From positions 1 to 59,543 of the forward strand of contig CAWDVO010000027.1 of assembly GCA_963805825.1 (NCBI GenBank): a stretch of DNA of 59,543 nucleotides. The letters run 5' to 3'. The translations under genes were made by a program, and so were the position numbers. The stretch is from Candidatus Brocadiaceae bacterium (GTDB taxonomy: Bacteria > Planctomycetota > Brocadiia > SM23-32). The notes under the pieces were generated by a model. The model saw nothing but the letters and a program-made list of their open reading frames with translations. It was not told the DNA's origin and searched no databases. Below, piece by piece: positions 27,100-37,768 of this stretch. Each line of letters begins with the position of its first letter. The stretch's first letter is position 1.

Positions 27100-27744
27100 A
27101 TGGTCAAGGCGCTGATTGGTAAGAAGATCGGCATGACGCAGATTTTCGACGAGGCCGGCCGCCGCATCCCGGTCACCGTCCTGCAGGTGGGCCCCTGCGC
27201 GGTCACGCAGGTCAAGAGCGCCGAGACCGACCGCGTGGCGGCCGTGCAGCTCGGGTTCGACGAGCGCAAGCGCAAGAACACGCCCAAGCCGCTGCTGGGC
27301 CACCTGGAGCGGGCCGGCGGGGGCCTCAAGCGCGTGCTGCGCGACGTGGCCCCGGACGGTGAGGAGATGCCCGAGCTGGGCCAGCAACTCACCGTGGGCC
27401 TGTTCGCGGAGGTCAAGCAGGTCGACGTGATCGGCGTGAGCAAGGGCCGCGGCTTTGCCGGCCTGGTCAGGCGGCACGGCTTCAGCGGCTCCCCGGAGAC
27501 GCACGGCGGACGCTTCGGCCGCGGGCCGGGCTCGATCGGCAGCAACTCCAGCCCGGGCCGCGTCGTGAAGGGCCGGAAGATGGCCGGCCACATGGGCGCC
27601 GCGCCGGTGACGGTGCGCAACCTGGAGGTGGTCGAGGTGGACGACGAGCGGGACCTGATGCTGGTGAGGGGCGGCGTGCCCGGCCCCAACGGCGGTTACG
27701 TCATGGTGCGCAAGGCCGTGCTGACGGCCGCGATGAAGAAATGA
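27100..27744 (+). CDS. rplC: 50S ribosomal protein L3
   Basis: [20 protein letters not shown]... full-length L3. Confidence 0.95.
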   Translation: MVKALIGKKIGMTQIFDEAGRRIPVTVLQVGPCAVTQVKSAETDRVAAVQLGFDERKRKNTPKPLLGHLERAGGGLKRVLRDVAPDGEEMPELGQQLTVGLFAEVKQVDVIGVSKGRGFAGLVRRHGFSGSPETHGGRFGRGPGSIGSNSSPGRVVKGRKMAGHMGAAPVTVRNLEVVEVDDERDLMLVRGGVPGPNGGYVMVRKAVLTAAMKK

Positions 27745-27781
27745 CAGCGCGTTCGAGCTTGAGCTGAGGTCGCAGATAGCA

Positions 27782-28471
27782 ATGGAAATCCCGGTATACA
27801 GCATCGCAGGTCAGGTCATAGACCACCTGGCGATCGACGAGGCCGCCCTCGGCGGCAGGCCGAACATGGAGCTGATCCGCCAGGCGGTGCTGATGTACGA
27901 GGCGAACCAGCGCGTGGGCACCGCCCGGGCGAAGTCCCGCGGCGAGGTCTCCGGCTCCAGCAGCAAGCCCTGGCCGCAGAAGCACACCGGCCGCGCCCGC
28001 CAGGGCGACCGCAAGAGCCCCGTCTGGGTGGGCGGCGGCGTCGCCTTCCCGCCGCGCCCGCGCGACTACCGCCAGAAGATGAACAAGAAGGCTCGCCGCA
28101 AGGCGCTGGACTCCGCCTTCCTGGCCAAGGCGCTCGACGGCGAGGTGATGGTGCTGGACCGCCTGGAGCTGCCCCAGATGAAGACGACGGCCATGGCCGC
28201 CGTGTTGAAGGCGCTCGACGTGCAGCGCACCTGCCTCGTCGTGCTGCCGCAGCACGACGCGGAGCTGTGGCGCTGCACCAGGAACATCCGCGGCGCCGCC
28301 ATGATGCCATGCTCCGACCTGAACGCATACGACATGATCCGCCCCCAGCGGGTCATTTTTACTTTGGAGGCCGTGCAGCAGTTCCTGAGCACGAGCGCGC
28401 CCGACGCCGCCGATCAGGCCGACATGACCGACGCGGCCGAGGAGAACGTGGGGGTGAGCGAGAATGGATAA
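27782..28471 (+). CDS. rplD: 50S ribosomal protein L4 (with C-terminal acidic extension)
   Basis: L4 consensus [28 protein letters not shown]. Confidence 0.95.
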   Translation: MEIPVYSIAGQVIDHLAIDEAALGGRPNMELIRQAVLMYEANQRVGTARAKSRGEVSGSSSKPWPQKHTGRARQGDRKSPVWVGGGVAFPPRPRDYRQKMNKKARRKALDSAFLAKALDGEVMVLDRLELPQMKTTAMAAVLKALDVQRTCLVVLPQHDAELWRCTRNIRGAAMMPCSDLNAYDMIRPQRVIFTLEAVQQFLSTSAPDAADQADMTDAAEENVGVSENG

Positions 28472-28748
28472 TCACGAGATCATCATCCGGCCCCTGCACA
28501 CCGAGAAGAGCGTGGACGACATCCGCGACAACGGCGCCTACCACTTTCAGATACACCCGCAGGCGACTAAGACGCAGGTGCGGCACGCCATCGAGCTGAT
28601 GTTCCCCGGCCGCAACGTGGCGGACGTGCGCACCCTCTGGGTGAAGGGCAAGGAGAAGCGCGTGGGCCCGCGCATCCGCCAGACGCCGGGCTGGAAGAAG
28701 GCCATCGTGAAGCTGCGGGCCGGCGAGACCATAGACATCGGATACTGA
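28464..28748 (+). CDS. rplW: 50S ribosomal protein L23
   Basis: [11 protein letters not shown]... L23 consensus. Overlaps the rplD stop by 8 nt. Confidence 0.95.
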   Translation: MDNHEIIIRPLHTEKSVDDIRDNGAYHFQIHPQATKTQVRHAIELMFPGRNVADVRTLWVKGKEKRVGPRIRQTPGWKKAIVKLRAGETIDIGY

Positions 28749-28782
28749 TAGGGCGCCGCACCGCTACGCCAAGGAGCTAACC

Positions 28783-29613
28783 GTGCCGATCAAGCCATAC
28801 AAACCGACAACGCCCGGCCGGCGCAACATGACCACGGCGGACTTCTCCATGATCACGCGCAGCAAGCCGGAGAAGTCCCTGCTGGCGCCGATCAAGAGCA
28901 AGGGCGGCCGCAACAACCACGGCCACACCACCAGCCGGTTCCGCGGGGGTGGACACAAGCGCCGCTACCGCATCATCGACTTCAAGCGGGACAAGGACGA
29001 GGACGCCCAGGTCGTCAGCATCGAGTACGACCCGAACCGCACGGCCCGCATCGCCCTGCTGGAGTACGCGGACGGCGAGAAGCGCTACATCCTGGCCCCC
29101 GACGGGCTGCAGGTCGGCCAGACGGTGCAGAACGGCGAGGGCGCCGAGCCGAAGGTGGGCAACTGCCTGCCGCTGGAGAAGGTGCCGCTGGGCCTGTTCG
29201 TGCACAACATCGAGATACAGCCGGGCCGCGGCGGCCAGATGATCCGCAGCGCCGGCAGCGCCGCGCAGGTGAGCGCCCGCGAGGGCGGCTACGTCCACCT
29301 GCTGATGCCGAGCGGCGAGATCCGCCGCGCGCTGGGCCGCTGCCGCGCCACCATCGGCCACGTGGGCAACCCGGAGCACCAGAACGTGAAGTGGGGCAAG
29401 GCCGGCCGCATGCGCTGGAAGGGCCGCCGCCCCCATAACCGCGGCACAAGCCAGAACCCCGTCGCCCACCCCATGGGCGGTGGCGAGGGGCGCCGCCACG
29501 GCGGCCGTCACCCCTGCAGCCCCACCGGCGTGCTGGCGAAGGGCGGCAGGACGCGGCGAACGAAGAAACACAGCGACCGGCTGATCGTGCGAAGCCGAAA
29601 GAGGAGGAAATAA
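28783..29613 (+). CDS. rplB: 50S ribosomal protein L2
   Basis: 276 aa. [14 protein letters not shown] and GRNNHG motifs. Confidence 0.95.
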   Translation: MPIKPYKPTTPGRRNMTTADFSMITRSKPEKSLLAPIKSKGGRNNHGHTTSRFRGGGHKRRYRIIDFKRDKDEDAQVVSIEYDPNRTARIALLEYADGEKRYILAPDGLQVGQTVQNGEGAEPKVGNCLPLEKVPLGLFVHNIEIQPGRGGQMIRSAGSAAQVSAREGGYVHLLMPSGEIRRALGRCRATIGHVGNPEHQNVKWGKAGRMRWKGRRPHNRGTSQNPVAHPMGGGEGRRHGGRHPCSPTGVLAKGGRTRRTKKHSDRLIVRSRKRRK

Positions 29614-29619
29614 GCCCCC

Positions 29620-29890
29620 GTGAGCAGGTCACTGAAAAAAGGTCCGTACGTTGACGAGAAGCTGTTGCGCAAGGTGCTGAAGCAGAAGGACCTGGGTGGC
29701 CACGAGCCGATCCAGACCTGGGCCGCGCGCCTGCACCATCATCCCGGACTTCGTCGGCCACACCTTCTCGGTGCACAACGGCAGGTCCTTCGACAAGGTG
29801 TTCGTGACCGAGGACATGGTGGGGCACAAGCTGGGCGAGTTCGCCCTGACGCGCACCTTCCGCGGCCACGCAGGGCGTAAGGCGCGCTGA
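29620..29890 (+). CDS. rpsS: 30S ribosomal protein S19 with apparent 1-nt frameshift near 29725
   Basis: [19 protein letters not shown]...PIQTW in frame 1, then [46 protein letters not shown] in frame 3. Confidence 0.85.
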
Positions 29891-29945
29891 GGGCGCACGG
29901 CAGGGATAAGGGCATCTGCGAGCGACGAATAGGAAAGACAGACCG

Positions 29946-30281
29946 ATGGAATTCACGGCAAGCCATAGAGGCGCGCCCATGTCCGCCCGTAAGGCGAGGC
30001 TGGTGGTGGACCTGATACGGGGCAAGCACGTCAACGACGCCCTGCAGGCCCTGCGGGCCACGCCGAAGAGGGCCTCCTACTACGTGGACAAGGTGCTGCG
30101 CTCGGCCATGGCCAACGCGGACCAGAGCCTGGAGGCCGAGATGGACCAGCTTCGCGTGGCGCGCACCTGGGTGGACGAGGGCCGCACGACCAAGAAGGGC
30201 CAGGCGCGGGCGCGCGGCCGCGGCGTCATCGTGCGCGGGCGCACCTGTCATATAAACATCGTCCTGGACGACGGACGGTAA
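29946..30281 (+). CDS. rplV: 50S ribosomal protein L22
   Basis: SARKARLVVDLIRGKHVNDALQAL L22 consensus. Confidence 0.9.
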   Translation: MEFTASHRGAPMSARKARLVVDLIRGKHVNDALQALRATPKRASYYVDKVLRSAMANADQSLEAEMDQLRVARTWVDEGRTTKKGQARARGRGVIVRGRTCHINIVLDDGR

Positions 30282-30292
30282 CGGGAGGCTTC

Positions 30293-30972
30293 ATGGGACA
30301 CAAAGTTTGCCCGACATCATTGCGGATGGGCATCACGGAGACGTGGCGCTCGCACTGGGTGGCCGATAAAAGACGGTTCGGCCAGTATCTGGTCGAGGAC
30401 CAGCGGATCCGCAAGTTCATCAAGCGTCAGTACCGGCTTCGCCGGTATCGCGCGCATCGAGATACAGCGCACCCGCGACAACGTACACGTGACCGTCTTC
30501 GCGGCCCGGCCGGGCCTGGTGATCGGCCGGCGCGGCGTCGAGGTCGAGCGCCTCAAGAACGACCTGGCCGAGCTGACCGGGCACGACGTCGAGATCAGCA
30601 TCGAGGAGGTGCGCGACGCGCAGCTCGACCCCCAGCTCGTGGCCGAGGACGTCGCCCAGCAACTGGAGCGGCGCACGTCCTTCCGGCGCGCCATCCGGCG
30701 CTCGGCGGAGATGACGATGGCGTCCGGCGCGGACGGCGTGAAGATCCAGGTCAGCGGGCGGCTGGGCGGCTCCGAGATGGCCCGCCGGGAGAAGATCATC
30801 CTGGGCGGCCTGCCGCTGCAGACGCTGCGCAGCAAGATCCAGTACGGGCTTCGCCGAGGCGTCCACCAAGTACGGCAACATCGGCGTGAAGGTATGGGTA
30901 AACCGCGGCATGCTGGCGCCCGGCGAGAGAATAGGCGACCTGGAGGAGCAGCAAAATGCCCCTAATGCCTAA
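30293..30972 (+). CDS. rpsC: 30S ribosomal protein S3 with two apparent 1-nt frameshifts (~30435 and ~30848)
   Basis: Three in-frame segments: [24 protein letters not shown]...KRQY, then [33 protein letters not shown]...LRSKIQYG, then [20 protein letters not shown]. Both shifts occur in a YxGGCTTCGCCG sequence context. Confidence 0.85.
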
Positions 30973-31375
30973 GAGAGTAAAGCACCGCAAGTTCCAGCGG
31001 GGCATGATGAAGGGCAAGGCCACGCGCGGCAACCGGGTCGCGTACGGCGAGTTCGGCCTGCAGGCGCTCGAACGGGCCTGGATCACGGCCGAGCAGCTCG
31101 AGGCCGGCCGCCTGGCCGTCATGCACTACCTGCACCGCGAGGGCAGGCTGATCACGCGCGTGTTCCCGCACAAGAGCATAACGGGCAAGCCGGCCGAGAC
31201 CCGCATGGGCAAGGGCAAGGGCGAGATAGCCCACTGGGTGGCCGAGGTGAAGCCGGGCACGATCCTGTTCGAGCTGAGCGGCGTGCCCGAGGAGCTGGCC
31301 AAGAGCGCGTTCGCCCGCGTTGCGCACAAGATGCCGATCAAGACCCGACTGGCGCACCGGAGGGTGACGATATGA
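30956..31375 (+). CDS. rplP: 50S ribosomal protein L16
   Basis: [27 protein letters not shown]16 consensus. Confidence 0.95.
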   Translation: MPLMPKRVKHRKFQRGMMKGKATRGNRVAYGEFGLQALERAWITAEQLEAGRLAVMHYLHREGRLITRVFPHKSITGKPAETRMGKGKGEIAHWVAEVKPGTILFELSGVPEELAKSAFARVAHKMPIKTRLAHRRVTI

Positions 31376-31581
31376 AGGCCAACGAGATGCGCGGCCGCGA
31401 GCCGTCCGAACTGCGCCGTGAGATGGAGGCGCTGCAGCGCCAGCTCTTCGAGCTGAAGTTCCGGTGGCAGGCCGAGGAGAACCCGGACACGAACACACCC
31501 AGGAGCCTGAAGAGGGACATCGCGCGCTACAAGACCGTCCTGCGCGAGATGGAGCTGCAGGCCAGCCAGAGCGAGGGCTGA
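31372..31581 (+). CDS. rpmC: 50S ribosomal protein L29
   Basis: 69 aa. [17 protein letters not shown] coiled coil typical of L29. Confidence 0.9.
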   Translation: MKANEMRGREPSELRREMEALQRQLFELKFRWQAEENPDTNTPRSLKRDIARYKTVLREMELQASQSEG

Positions 31582-31588
31582 TACGACG

Positions 31589-31920
31589 ATGAGCGAGGGA
31601 AAAGGAACCAGGAAGCGGGCGCGTGGCATTGTCCAGAGCGACAAGATGGACAAGAGCGTCACCGTCTCCGTCACCACCCTGGTAAAGCATCCGCTTTACG
31701 GCAAGTACATGTACACCGCGTGCAGAAGCACATGGCCCACGACCCCCAGAATAGCTGCCACCGGGGGGACCTGGTGGAGATCGAGTCCACCCGGCCGCTC
31801 TCGGCCCGCAAGCGCTGGCGCGTAGTGCGCATCCTGCGCCGCGGCCAGGAGGCGGACGTGCCCGGCCCCGAGGAACTGGCTGCGCAGGCGCAGGCCGGCG
31901 AGCCCGAAGTGACCGCTTGA
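31589..31920 (+). CDS. rpsQ: 30S ribosomal protein S17 with apparent 1-nt frameshift near 31705
   Basis: RKRARGIVQSDKMDKSVTVSVTTLVKHPLYGKY in one frame, then RVQKHMAHDPQNSCHRGDLVEIESTRPLSARKRWRVVRIL in the next. Confidence 0.85.
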
Positions 31921-31956
31921 GACACTGGCGCTGAGCCAAAGAGAGACACGCCTGCC

Positions 31957-32325
31957 ATGATTAGCGAACAGACGGTACTGGACGTGGCCGACAACACAGG
32001 CGCCCGGGCGGTGCGCTGCTTCAAGATCCTCGTGGGCAGCCACCACGCCTACGCCAAGGTCGGCGACGTGGTCGTCGGCAGCGTCATCAAGGTGCTGCCC
32101 GGCAGCGACGTGCAGCGCGGCGAGGTGGTCAAGGGCGTCATCGTGCGCACCCGCGCCCCCATCCGGCGCGAGGACGGCAGCTTCGTGCGCTTCGACCGCA
32201 ACGCCATCGTGCTGATCCAGCCGGACGGCAACCCCCGCGGCACGCGCATCTTCGGCGCCATCCCGCGCGAGCTGCGATACAAGAACTACATGCGAATCAT
32301 CAGCCTGGCCGCTGAGGTGGTCTGA
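31957..32325 (+). CDS. rplN: 50S ribosomal protein L14
   Basis: MISEQTVLDVADNTGAR...IKVLPGS... L14 consensus. Confidence 0.95.
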   Translation: MISEQTVLDVADNTGARAVRCFKILVGSHHAYAKVGDVVVGSVIKVLPGSDVQRGEVVKGVIVRTRAPIRREDGSFVRFDRNAIVLIQPDGNPRGTRIFGAIPRELRYKNYMRIISLAAEVV

Positions 32326-32342
32326 GGCACGGGGCGAACGAC

Positions 32343-32696
32343 ATGAGCATGAGACCGAAACTTCACGTAAGGCGCGGCGACACGGTCGAGGTGGTCACCG
32401 GCAACAACCGGGGCTCGCGCGGCCGCATCCTGCGCACCATGCCCTCCAAGGGCAAGGTCGTTATCGAAGGCATCAACGTGCGCTGGAAGCACCTGCGCAA
32501 GACCGCACAGCACCCGGCCGGCGGCCGCGTCGAGATCGAGGCGCCCGTCGACGCCTCCAACGTGATGCTCGTATGCGGCAACCGGGAGTGCGGGAAGTTC
32601 GACAAGCCCGTGCGCACGCGCATCGTCCTGGACAAGAACAACAAGCGTCGGCGCGCGTGCTGCAAGTGCGGCACGGAGATACAGAGGGCGGAATAA
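32343..32696 (+). CDS. rplX: 50S ribosomal protein L24 with C-terminal Cys4 (zinc-ribbon-like) extension
   Basis: KLHVRRGDTVEVVTGNNRGSRGRIL KOW motif. C-terminal CGNRECGKF...CCKCGTE. Confidence 0.9.
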   Translation: MSMRPKLHVRRGDTVEVVTGNNRGSRGRILRTMPSKGKVVIEGINVRWKHLRKTAQHPAGGRVEIEAPVDASNVMLVCGNRECGKFDKPVRTRIVLDKNNKRRRACCKCGTEIQRAE

Positions 32697-32702
32697 CCGA
32701 CC

Positions 32703-33282
32703 ATGAGTGATACAGCACAGACAACCGCGGACGAGACCTACGTGCCGCGCCTCAAGCGGCAGTACGAGCAGGACATCGTGCCGCGCCTGATGGAACGCTT
32801 CGGGTGACACGAACCCGATGGCCGCCCCGCGCCTGAAGAAGGTCAGTCTGAACATCGGCGTCGGAGAGGCCATCAACGACGCCGCCGCGCTGACGGACGC
32901 GCTGGCCATCCTGCGCACCATCAGCGGCCAGCAGCCGGCCGTCACCAAGGCGCGCCGCAGCGTGGCCGGCTTCCACCTGCGGGAGGGCGTGGCCATCGGC
33001 ACCCGCGTGACGCTGCGCGGGACGCGGATGTACGAGTTCCTGGACCGCCTGATCGCAGTGGCGCTGCCCCGCGTGCGCGACTTCCGCGGGCTCTCGCCGG
33101 ACTCCTTCGACGGCAGCGGCAACTACAACCTGGGCGTCCAGGAGGCCGTTGTCTTTCCGGAGCTGGACCTGGACTCTCTGAAGAGCATGTTCGGTCTGGA
33201 CATCGCCATCGTGACCTCGGCGCGGACCGACCAGGAAGCATTCGAACTCCTGCGGCTGCTGGGCATGCCGTTTCGCCAGTAG
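32703..33282 (+). CDS. rplE: 50S ribosomal protein L5 with apparent 1-nt frameshift (G-run) near 32812
   Basis: [34 protein letters not shown] is followed by a stop. The next frame continues [22 protein letters not shown]...[26 protein letters not shown]. Confidence 0.85.
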
Positions 33283-33336
33283 CCGTTACAGAACGGCCAG
33301 TAAGAGCGACTGAACAGAAGGAAGATACGGGTCGAT

Positions 33337-33522
33337 ATGGCAAGGAAATGCCTGGTTCAGAAGTCAAACGCTAAGCCGAAGTTCACCGTGCGCCACCGCA
33401 ACCGCTGCCAGCTCTGCGGCCGGCCGCGCGGCTACCTGCGCAAGTTCAGCGTCTGCCGCATCTGCTTCCGCAACCTGGCCAGCGCGGGCATGGTGCCCGG
33501 CGTGGTCAAGGCAAGCTGGTAG
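33337..33522 (+). CDS. rpsN: 30S ribosomal protein S14 type Z (zinc-binding)
   Basis: 61 aa. [22 protein letters not shown]xxC...CxxC motif. Confidence 0.95.
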   Translation: MARKCLVQKSNAKPKFTVRHRNRCQLCGRPRGYLRKFSVCRICFRNLASAGMVPGVVKASW

Positions 33523-33590
33523 AGCGACGGCGACGAAACTTCGGCCGATAGAGCATCCGCCCCGAGCGGACCATAGGAGAGGCGAAAAAG

Positions 33591-33986
33591 ATGATGACGG
33601 ACCCCATCGCGGACATGCTCACGCGCGTTCGCAACGCCCTGATGGTGAACAAAGAGACCGTGGACATGCCGCACTCCAACATGAAGGAGGGCGTGGCCCG
33701 GGTGCTGCGCAATGAGGGCTTCATCGAGGACTGCCGCGTCGCCGGCGAGCCGCCCCACAAGGTGCTGCGCATCTACCTGAAGTACGGGCCCCTGGGCGAG
33801 GAGGTCATCCGCGAGATACAGCGCATCTCCTCGCCGGGCCGCCGCACCTACAGGCCGGTCGCCGAACTGCGCAGCTTCCGCAACGGGCTGGGCATCTACG
33901 TCGTCTCCACCAACAAGGGCATCATGAGCGATCGCGAGTGCCGCCAGCAGCACGTCGGCGGCGAAGTGATCTGCTCCGTCTTCTGA
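33591..33986 (+). CDS. rpsH: 30S ribosomal protein S8
   Basis: DPIADMLTRVRNA...NGLGIYVVSTNKGIMSDRECR S8 consensus. Confidence 0.95.
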   Translation: MMTDPIADMLTRVRNALMVNKETVDMPHSNMKEGVARVLRNEGFIEDCRVAGEPPHKVLRIYLKYGPLGEEVIREIQRISSPGRRTYRPVAELRSFRNGLGIYVVSTNKGIMSDRECRQQHVGGEVICSVF

Positions 33987-34009
33987 CATCGCGGGGAAGG
34001 TATAGAGCC

Positions 34010-34586
34010 ATGTCGCGTATCGGCAAACAACCGGTCGCCGTGCCGAAGGGCGTGGAGGTCACCGTCAGCGGCACGCACATGAAGTTCAAGGGCCCGATGG
34101 GCGAGCTGGAGCACGACGTCTGGGACGGCCTGACCGTCGAGTACCAGGCCGCCGAGCGCCATGATCCAGATCGAGCGCAAGCGGAGACGACAAGAACTCG
34201 CGCGCCATGCACGGCCTGCACCGCTCCCTGATCGCCAACAAGGTGCAGGGCGTGGCCGAGGGCTTCAGCAAGCGGCTGGAACTCTACGGCATGGGCTACA
34301 GCGTCGACCTGAGGGGCAAGTCGCTGGTGCTCCAGATCGGGTTCTGCCACGAGGTGGTCTTCGAGCATGCCCGCCGGCATCTAGCGTGGACGTCGAGCAG
34401 AAGAACGCGCAGAACGAAGTGCCGGCGAAGTTCGTCATCAAGGGCATCGACAAGGAAGTGGTCGGCCAGTTCGCCGCCACGGTGCGGGCGGTGCGCCCGC
34501 CGGAGCCCTACAAGGGCAAGGGCCTGCGCTACGAGGGCGAGTACGTGCGCCGCAAGGAAGGCAAGGCGTTCGCCGGGCTGGGTTGA
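34010..34586 (+). CDS. rplF: 50S ribosomal protein L6 with multiple apparent frameshifts (~34165, ~34190, ~34380)
   Basis: Segments span three frames: [180 protein letters not shown]. Confidence 0.8.
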
Positions 34587-34633
34587 TAAGCGCGCACTGC
34601 ACGGTGCGACACTGATCTGAGACCGAGACAGCA

Positions 34634-35017
34634 ATGGACATAAACAAGCGAAAAGTAGTGCAGCGCCACAGGCGCCACCGCAGCGTGCGCGCCCGCATCG
34701 AGGGCACGTCCGAGCGGCCCCGCCTGTGCGTCTACCGCAGCAACAAGCAGATATACGCCCAGGTCATCGACGACTGGAGCCGGCAGACCCTTGCCAGCGC
34801 ATCCTCCATGAGCCCCGAGCTGAAGGGCGGGCCGGCGGACGGCGCCAACCTGCAGGGCGCGGCGAAGGTGGGGGAGCTGATCGGCAAGAAATGCCTGGAG
34901 AAGGGCATCACCACGGTGGTCTTCGACCGGGGCGGCTACCGCTACCAGGGGCGCATCAAGGCCCTGGCGGACGCGGCGCGCAAACAATTCCAGGACGCCG
35001 GCGCGGCGGGCTTCTGA
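34634..35017 (+). CDS. rplR: 50S ribosomal protein L18
   Basis: [20 protein letters not shown]...[23 protein letters not shown]18 consensus. Confidence 0.95.
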   Translation: MDINKRKVVQRHRRHRSVRARIEGTSERPRLCVYRSNKQIYAQVIDDWSRQTLASASSMSPELKGGPADGANLQGAAKVGELIGKKCLEKGITTVVFDRGGYRYQGRIKALADAARKQFQDAGAAGF

Positions 35018-35064
35018 AGACCCGCACGCGCCCCGCACACTAAAGGGACACGGCCGGAGGCTAC

Positions 35065-35754
35065 ATGGCACGAAGAGAACAGGAAAGCGGGGTCCTCGAG
35101 GAGGTCATCGCCATCCGCTTTCACACCAAGGTCACCAAGGGCGGCCGCAAGCTGAGCGTTGCGGCCCTGGTGGCCGTGGGCGACGGCAACGGGAAGGTCG
35201 GTCTGGGCTACGGCAAGGCCAGCGGCGTTCCCCAGGCCATCGAGAAGGCTAACAAGGAAGCCCGCGCCAGCATGATCAAGGTCCACCTCGTCGGCGACAC
35301 CATCGCCCAGGAGGTGCTGGGTCGCCACGGCGCGGCGCGCGTGCTGCTCATCCCGGCCAGCCCCGGAACGGGCGTCAAGGCCGGCGGCACCGTGCGGGCC
35401 ATCCTGCAGGTGCTCGGCGTCCACAACGTGCTGAGCAAGGTCTTCGGCAACACCAATCCGGTCAACGTCGCCAAGGCCACCATGACGGCCCTGGCGGAGA
35501 TGCAGTCGGTGGCCCAGGTGGAGCGGCTGCGCGGCGTCAAGCTGCACATGTTCCACCCGCAGTTCGGCAAGCCGGAGGAGGCGAAGGCCGCTCCGGTAGC
35601 CGCAGCGGCGACGGCCGTAGCTGAGGCCGAGGAGGCCCCCCAGGCTGTCGAGACGCCCGAGGTTGTCGAGGCGGCCGAAGCGCCGACAGCCGAGGCGCCG
35701 GCGGCGGAAGAGGCACCCCAGACGGACGCAGAAGCCGCTGATTCCGAGCAATAG
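35065..35754 (+). CDS. rpsE: 30S ribosomal protein S5 with ~60-aa Ala/Glu-rich C-terminal extension
   Basis: VTKGGRKLSVAALVAVGDGNGKVGLGYGKA... S5 core, then a PEEAKAAPVAAAATAVAEAEEAP... tail. Confidence 0.9.
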   Translation: MARREQESGVLEEVIAIRFHTKVTKGGRKLSVAALVAVGDGNGKVGLGYGKASGVPQAIEKANKEARASMIKVHLVGDTIAQEVLGRHGAARVLLIPASPGTGVKAGGTVRAILQVLGVHNVLSKVFGNTNPVNVAKATMTALAEMQSVAQVERLRGVKLHMFHPQFGKPEEAKAAPVAAAATAVAEAEEAPQAVETPEVVEAAEAPTAEAPAAEEAPQTDAEAADSEQ

Positions 35755-35780
35755 GCAAACACCCGAAGGACGTCGATACA

Positions 35781-36287
35781 ATGGATATTGGAAGAGCTAA
35801 GAAGCTGACCCGGCCGCGCGCGACCAAGAAGCGCGTCGGCCGCGGCACCGGCAGCCGACGGGGCAAGCTGAGCGGCCGCGGCCGCGACGGCGCCGCCTCC
35901 CGCGCCGGCTGGTCGGAGCGCGGCATCAGCGGCAACATGCCCCTGTGGCGCCGGCTGCCCAAGGTGGGCTTCAGCAACGAGCCGTTCAAGACGGAATACC
36001 TGGCCGTGAACGTGAGCCGGCTGAACGCCTTCCCGGACGGCGCGGTCGTCACCCCCGAGGAGCTGCGCAAGGCCGGCATGGCCAAGCAGGCCCCGGACGG
36101 CGGCGTGAAGATACTGGGCCAGGGCGAGCTGAGCAAGGCCCTGACCGTGAAGGCGAACGCCTTCAGCGCCAGCGCCGTCAGCAAGATCGAGGCGGCCGGC
36201 GGCAAGGCCGAGGTGCTGCCGGGGCCCAAGCCGCCCGTGCGGCGGAAGATGGGCAGCGCTGACGCACAGCGCAAGCAGTCCAGGTAA
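35781..36287 (+). CDS. rplO: 50S ribosomal protein L15
   Basis: KRVGRGTGSRRGKLSGRGRDG...KILGQGEL L15 consensus. No rpmD (L30) lies between rpsE and rplO. Confidence 0.9.
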   Translation: MDIGRAKKLTRPRATKKRVGRGTGSRRGKLSGRGRDGAASRAGWSERGISGNMPLWRRLPKVGFSNEPFKTEYLAVNVSRLNAFPDGAVVTPEELRKAGMAKQAPDGGVKILGQGELSKALTVKANAFSASAVSKIEAAGGKAEVLPGPKPPVRRKMGSADAQRKQSR

Positions 36288-36317
36288 AGGGACCCCGAGC
36301 GAGCGGAAGAGGGCTGC

Positions 36318-37722
36318 ATGAGCCTGTTCGAGCAACTGGGGAACGTCTGGCGCATACGCGACCTGCGTCGCAAGATTCTGATCACGCTGGGCCTGCTGGC
36401 GCTCTGTCGCGTCGGCGTCTACATCCCCGTGCCCGGCGTGAACACGAAGGCGCTGGCGGACCTGCTGAAGTCGATGAGCAGCACGGCCGGTGGCCAGCTT
36501 CTGGGCATCGTCAACCTGTTCAGCGGCGGTGCCTTCACGCGCGGGGCCATCTTCGGCCTCGGCGTCATGCCCTACATCAGCGCGTCCATCATCTTCACCC
36601 TCCTGGCCAACGTCATTCCCAGCCTGGAGGCCCTGAAGAAGGAGGGCGCCGCCGGGCAGAAGAAGCTCAACCAGTACACCCGCATCGCCACCGTCTTCAT
36701 CTGCTTCTTCCAGGGCGCCATCGTCGTGCGCGGCCTGTTCTTCAGCTTCCCCGGCGTCATCCCGGACTACGTAGCGCAGAGCTTCATCCTGCGCACCGTG
36801 TTCATGCTCAGCAGCGGCTTCCTCATGATGGTGGGCACGCTCTTCCTGATGTGGATGGGCGAGCAGATCGACGAGCACGGCATCGGCAACGGCATCTCGA
36901 TGATCATCATGATCGGCATCGTCGCCCGTCTGCCGCAGGCCTACCTTGACCTGGCCACCCGCATATCCGGCGCCGAAAGCCAGCAGAACGCCATCCTCAA
37001 GATCGTCCTGCTGCTCGTCCTCTTCCTGGCCATCATTGTGGGCATCGTCTACATCACCCGCGGCGAACGCCGCATCCCGGTGCAGCAGCAGAAGCACGTT
37101 CGCGGGCCGAAGATATACGGCGGCCAAAAGCACTACCTGCCGCTGCGTGTCAACCAGGCCGGCGTCATGCCCATCATCTTCGCCCAGGCGCTGCTGTCCT
37201 TCCCGGCCATCATCGCCGTCTCGCTGGCCAAGGCCTTAGAGCCGTCGCACGGCTTCTGGTACGGCTTCTTCAACGCCATCGGCGACGCCATCAGCCGGCA
37301 GAGCGACCTGACGTTCACCTACGTCATCCTCTACGGGCTGCTGCTGTTCTTCTTCACGTACCTTCTGGACGGCCGTGATGTTCAACCCCAAGGAGATGAG
37401 CGAGAACCTGCAGAACTACGGCAGCTTCATCCCCGGCATCCGGCCCGGCAAGCGCACCGCCGACTACCTGGAAGGCATAATGAACCGCGTCACGCTGGCG
37501 GGCAGCGCCTTCCTGCTGGGCATCGCCCTCATGCCGCTGTTCGTCATGGACCGTTTCGGCGTCGGCTGGGGCGTGGCAGGCTTCTATGGCGGCACCAGCA
37601 TCCTGATCGTCGTCGGTGTCTCTCTGGACCTGGTCAGGCGCATCAACGACCACCTGGAGATGCGGCGTTACAGCGGCTTCACCGCCGGCGCAGGCGGACG
37701 CCGCAGAAGCCGGCGCCGCTGA
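36318..37722 (+). CDS. secY: preprotein translocase SecY with apparent 1-nt frameshift near 37368
   Basis: Ten-TM SecY pattern (GVMPYISASIIF, FQGAIV...). After ...LLFFFTY the frame shifts; the C-terminal 115 aa continue in the +1 frame (FWTAVMFNPKEMSENLQNYGSFIPGIRPGKRTADYLE...). Confidence 0.85.
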
Positions 37723-37768
37723 GGCGGCCGGCAGCACGGCATTCTGTGGACATTGAAGAGGTGAAACG

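Noticed and set aside
29620-37722. Programmed ribosomal frameshifting in r-protein genes
   Set aside because: Nine independent sites with no shared slippery heptamer or pseudoknot; shifts occur in both +1 and -1 directions. Sequencing or assembly indels explain them better.
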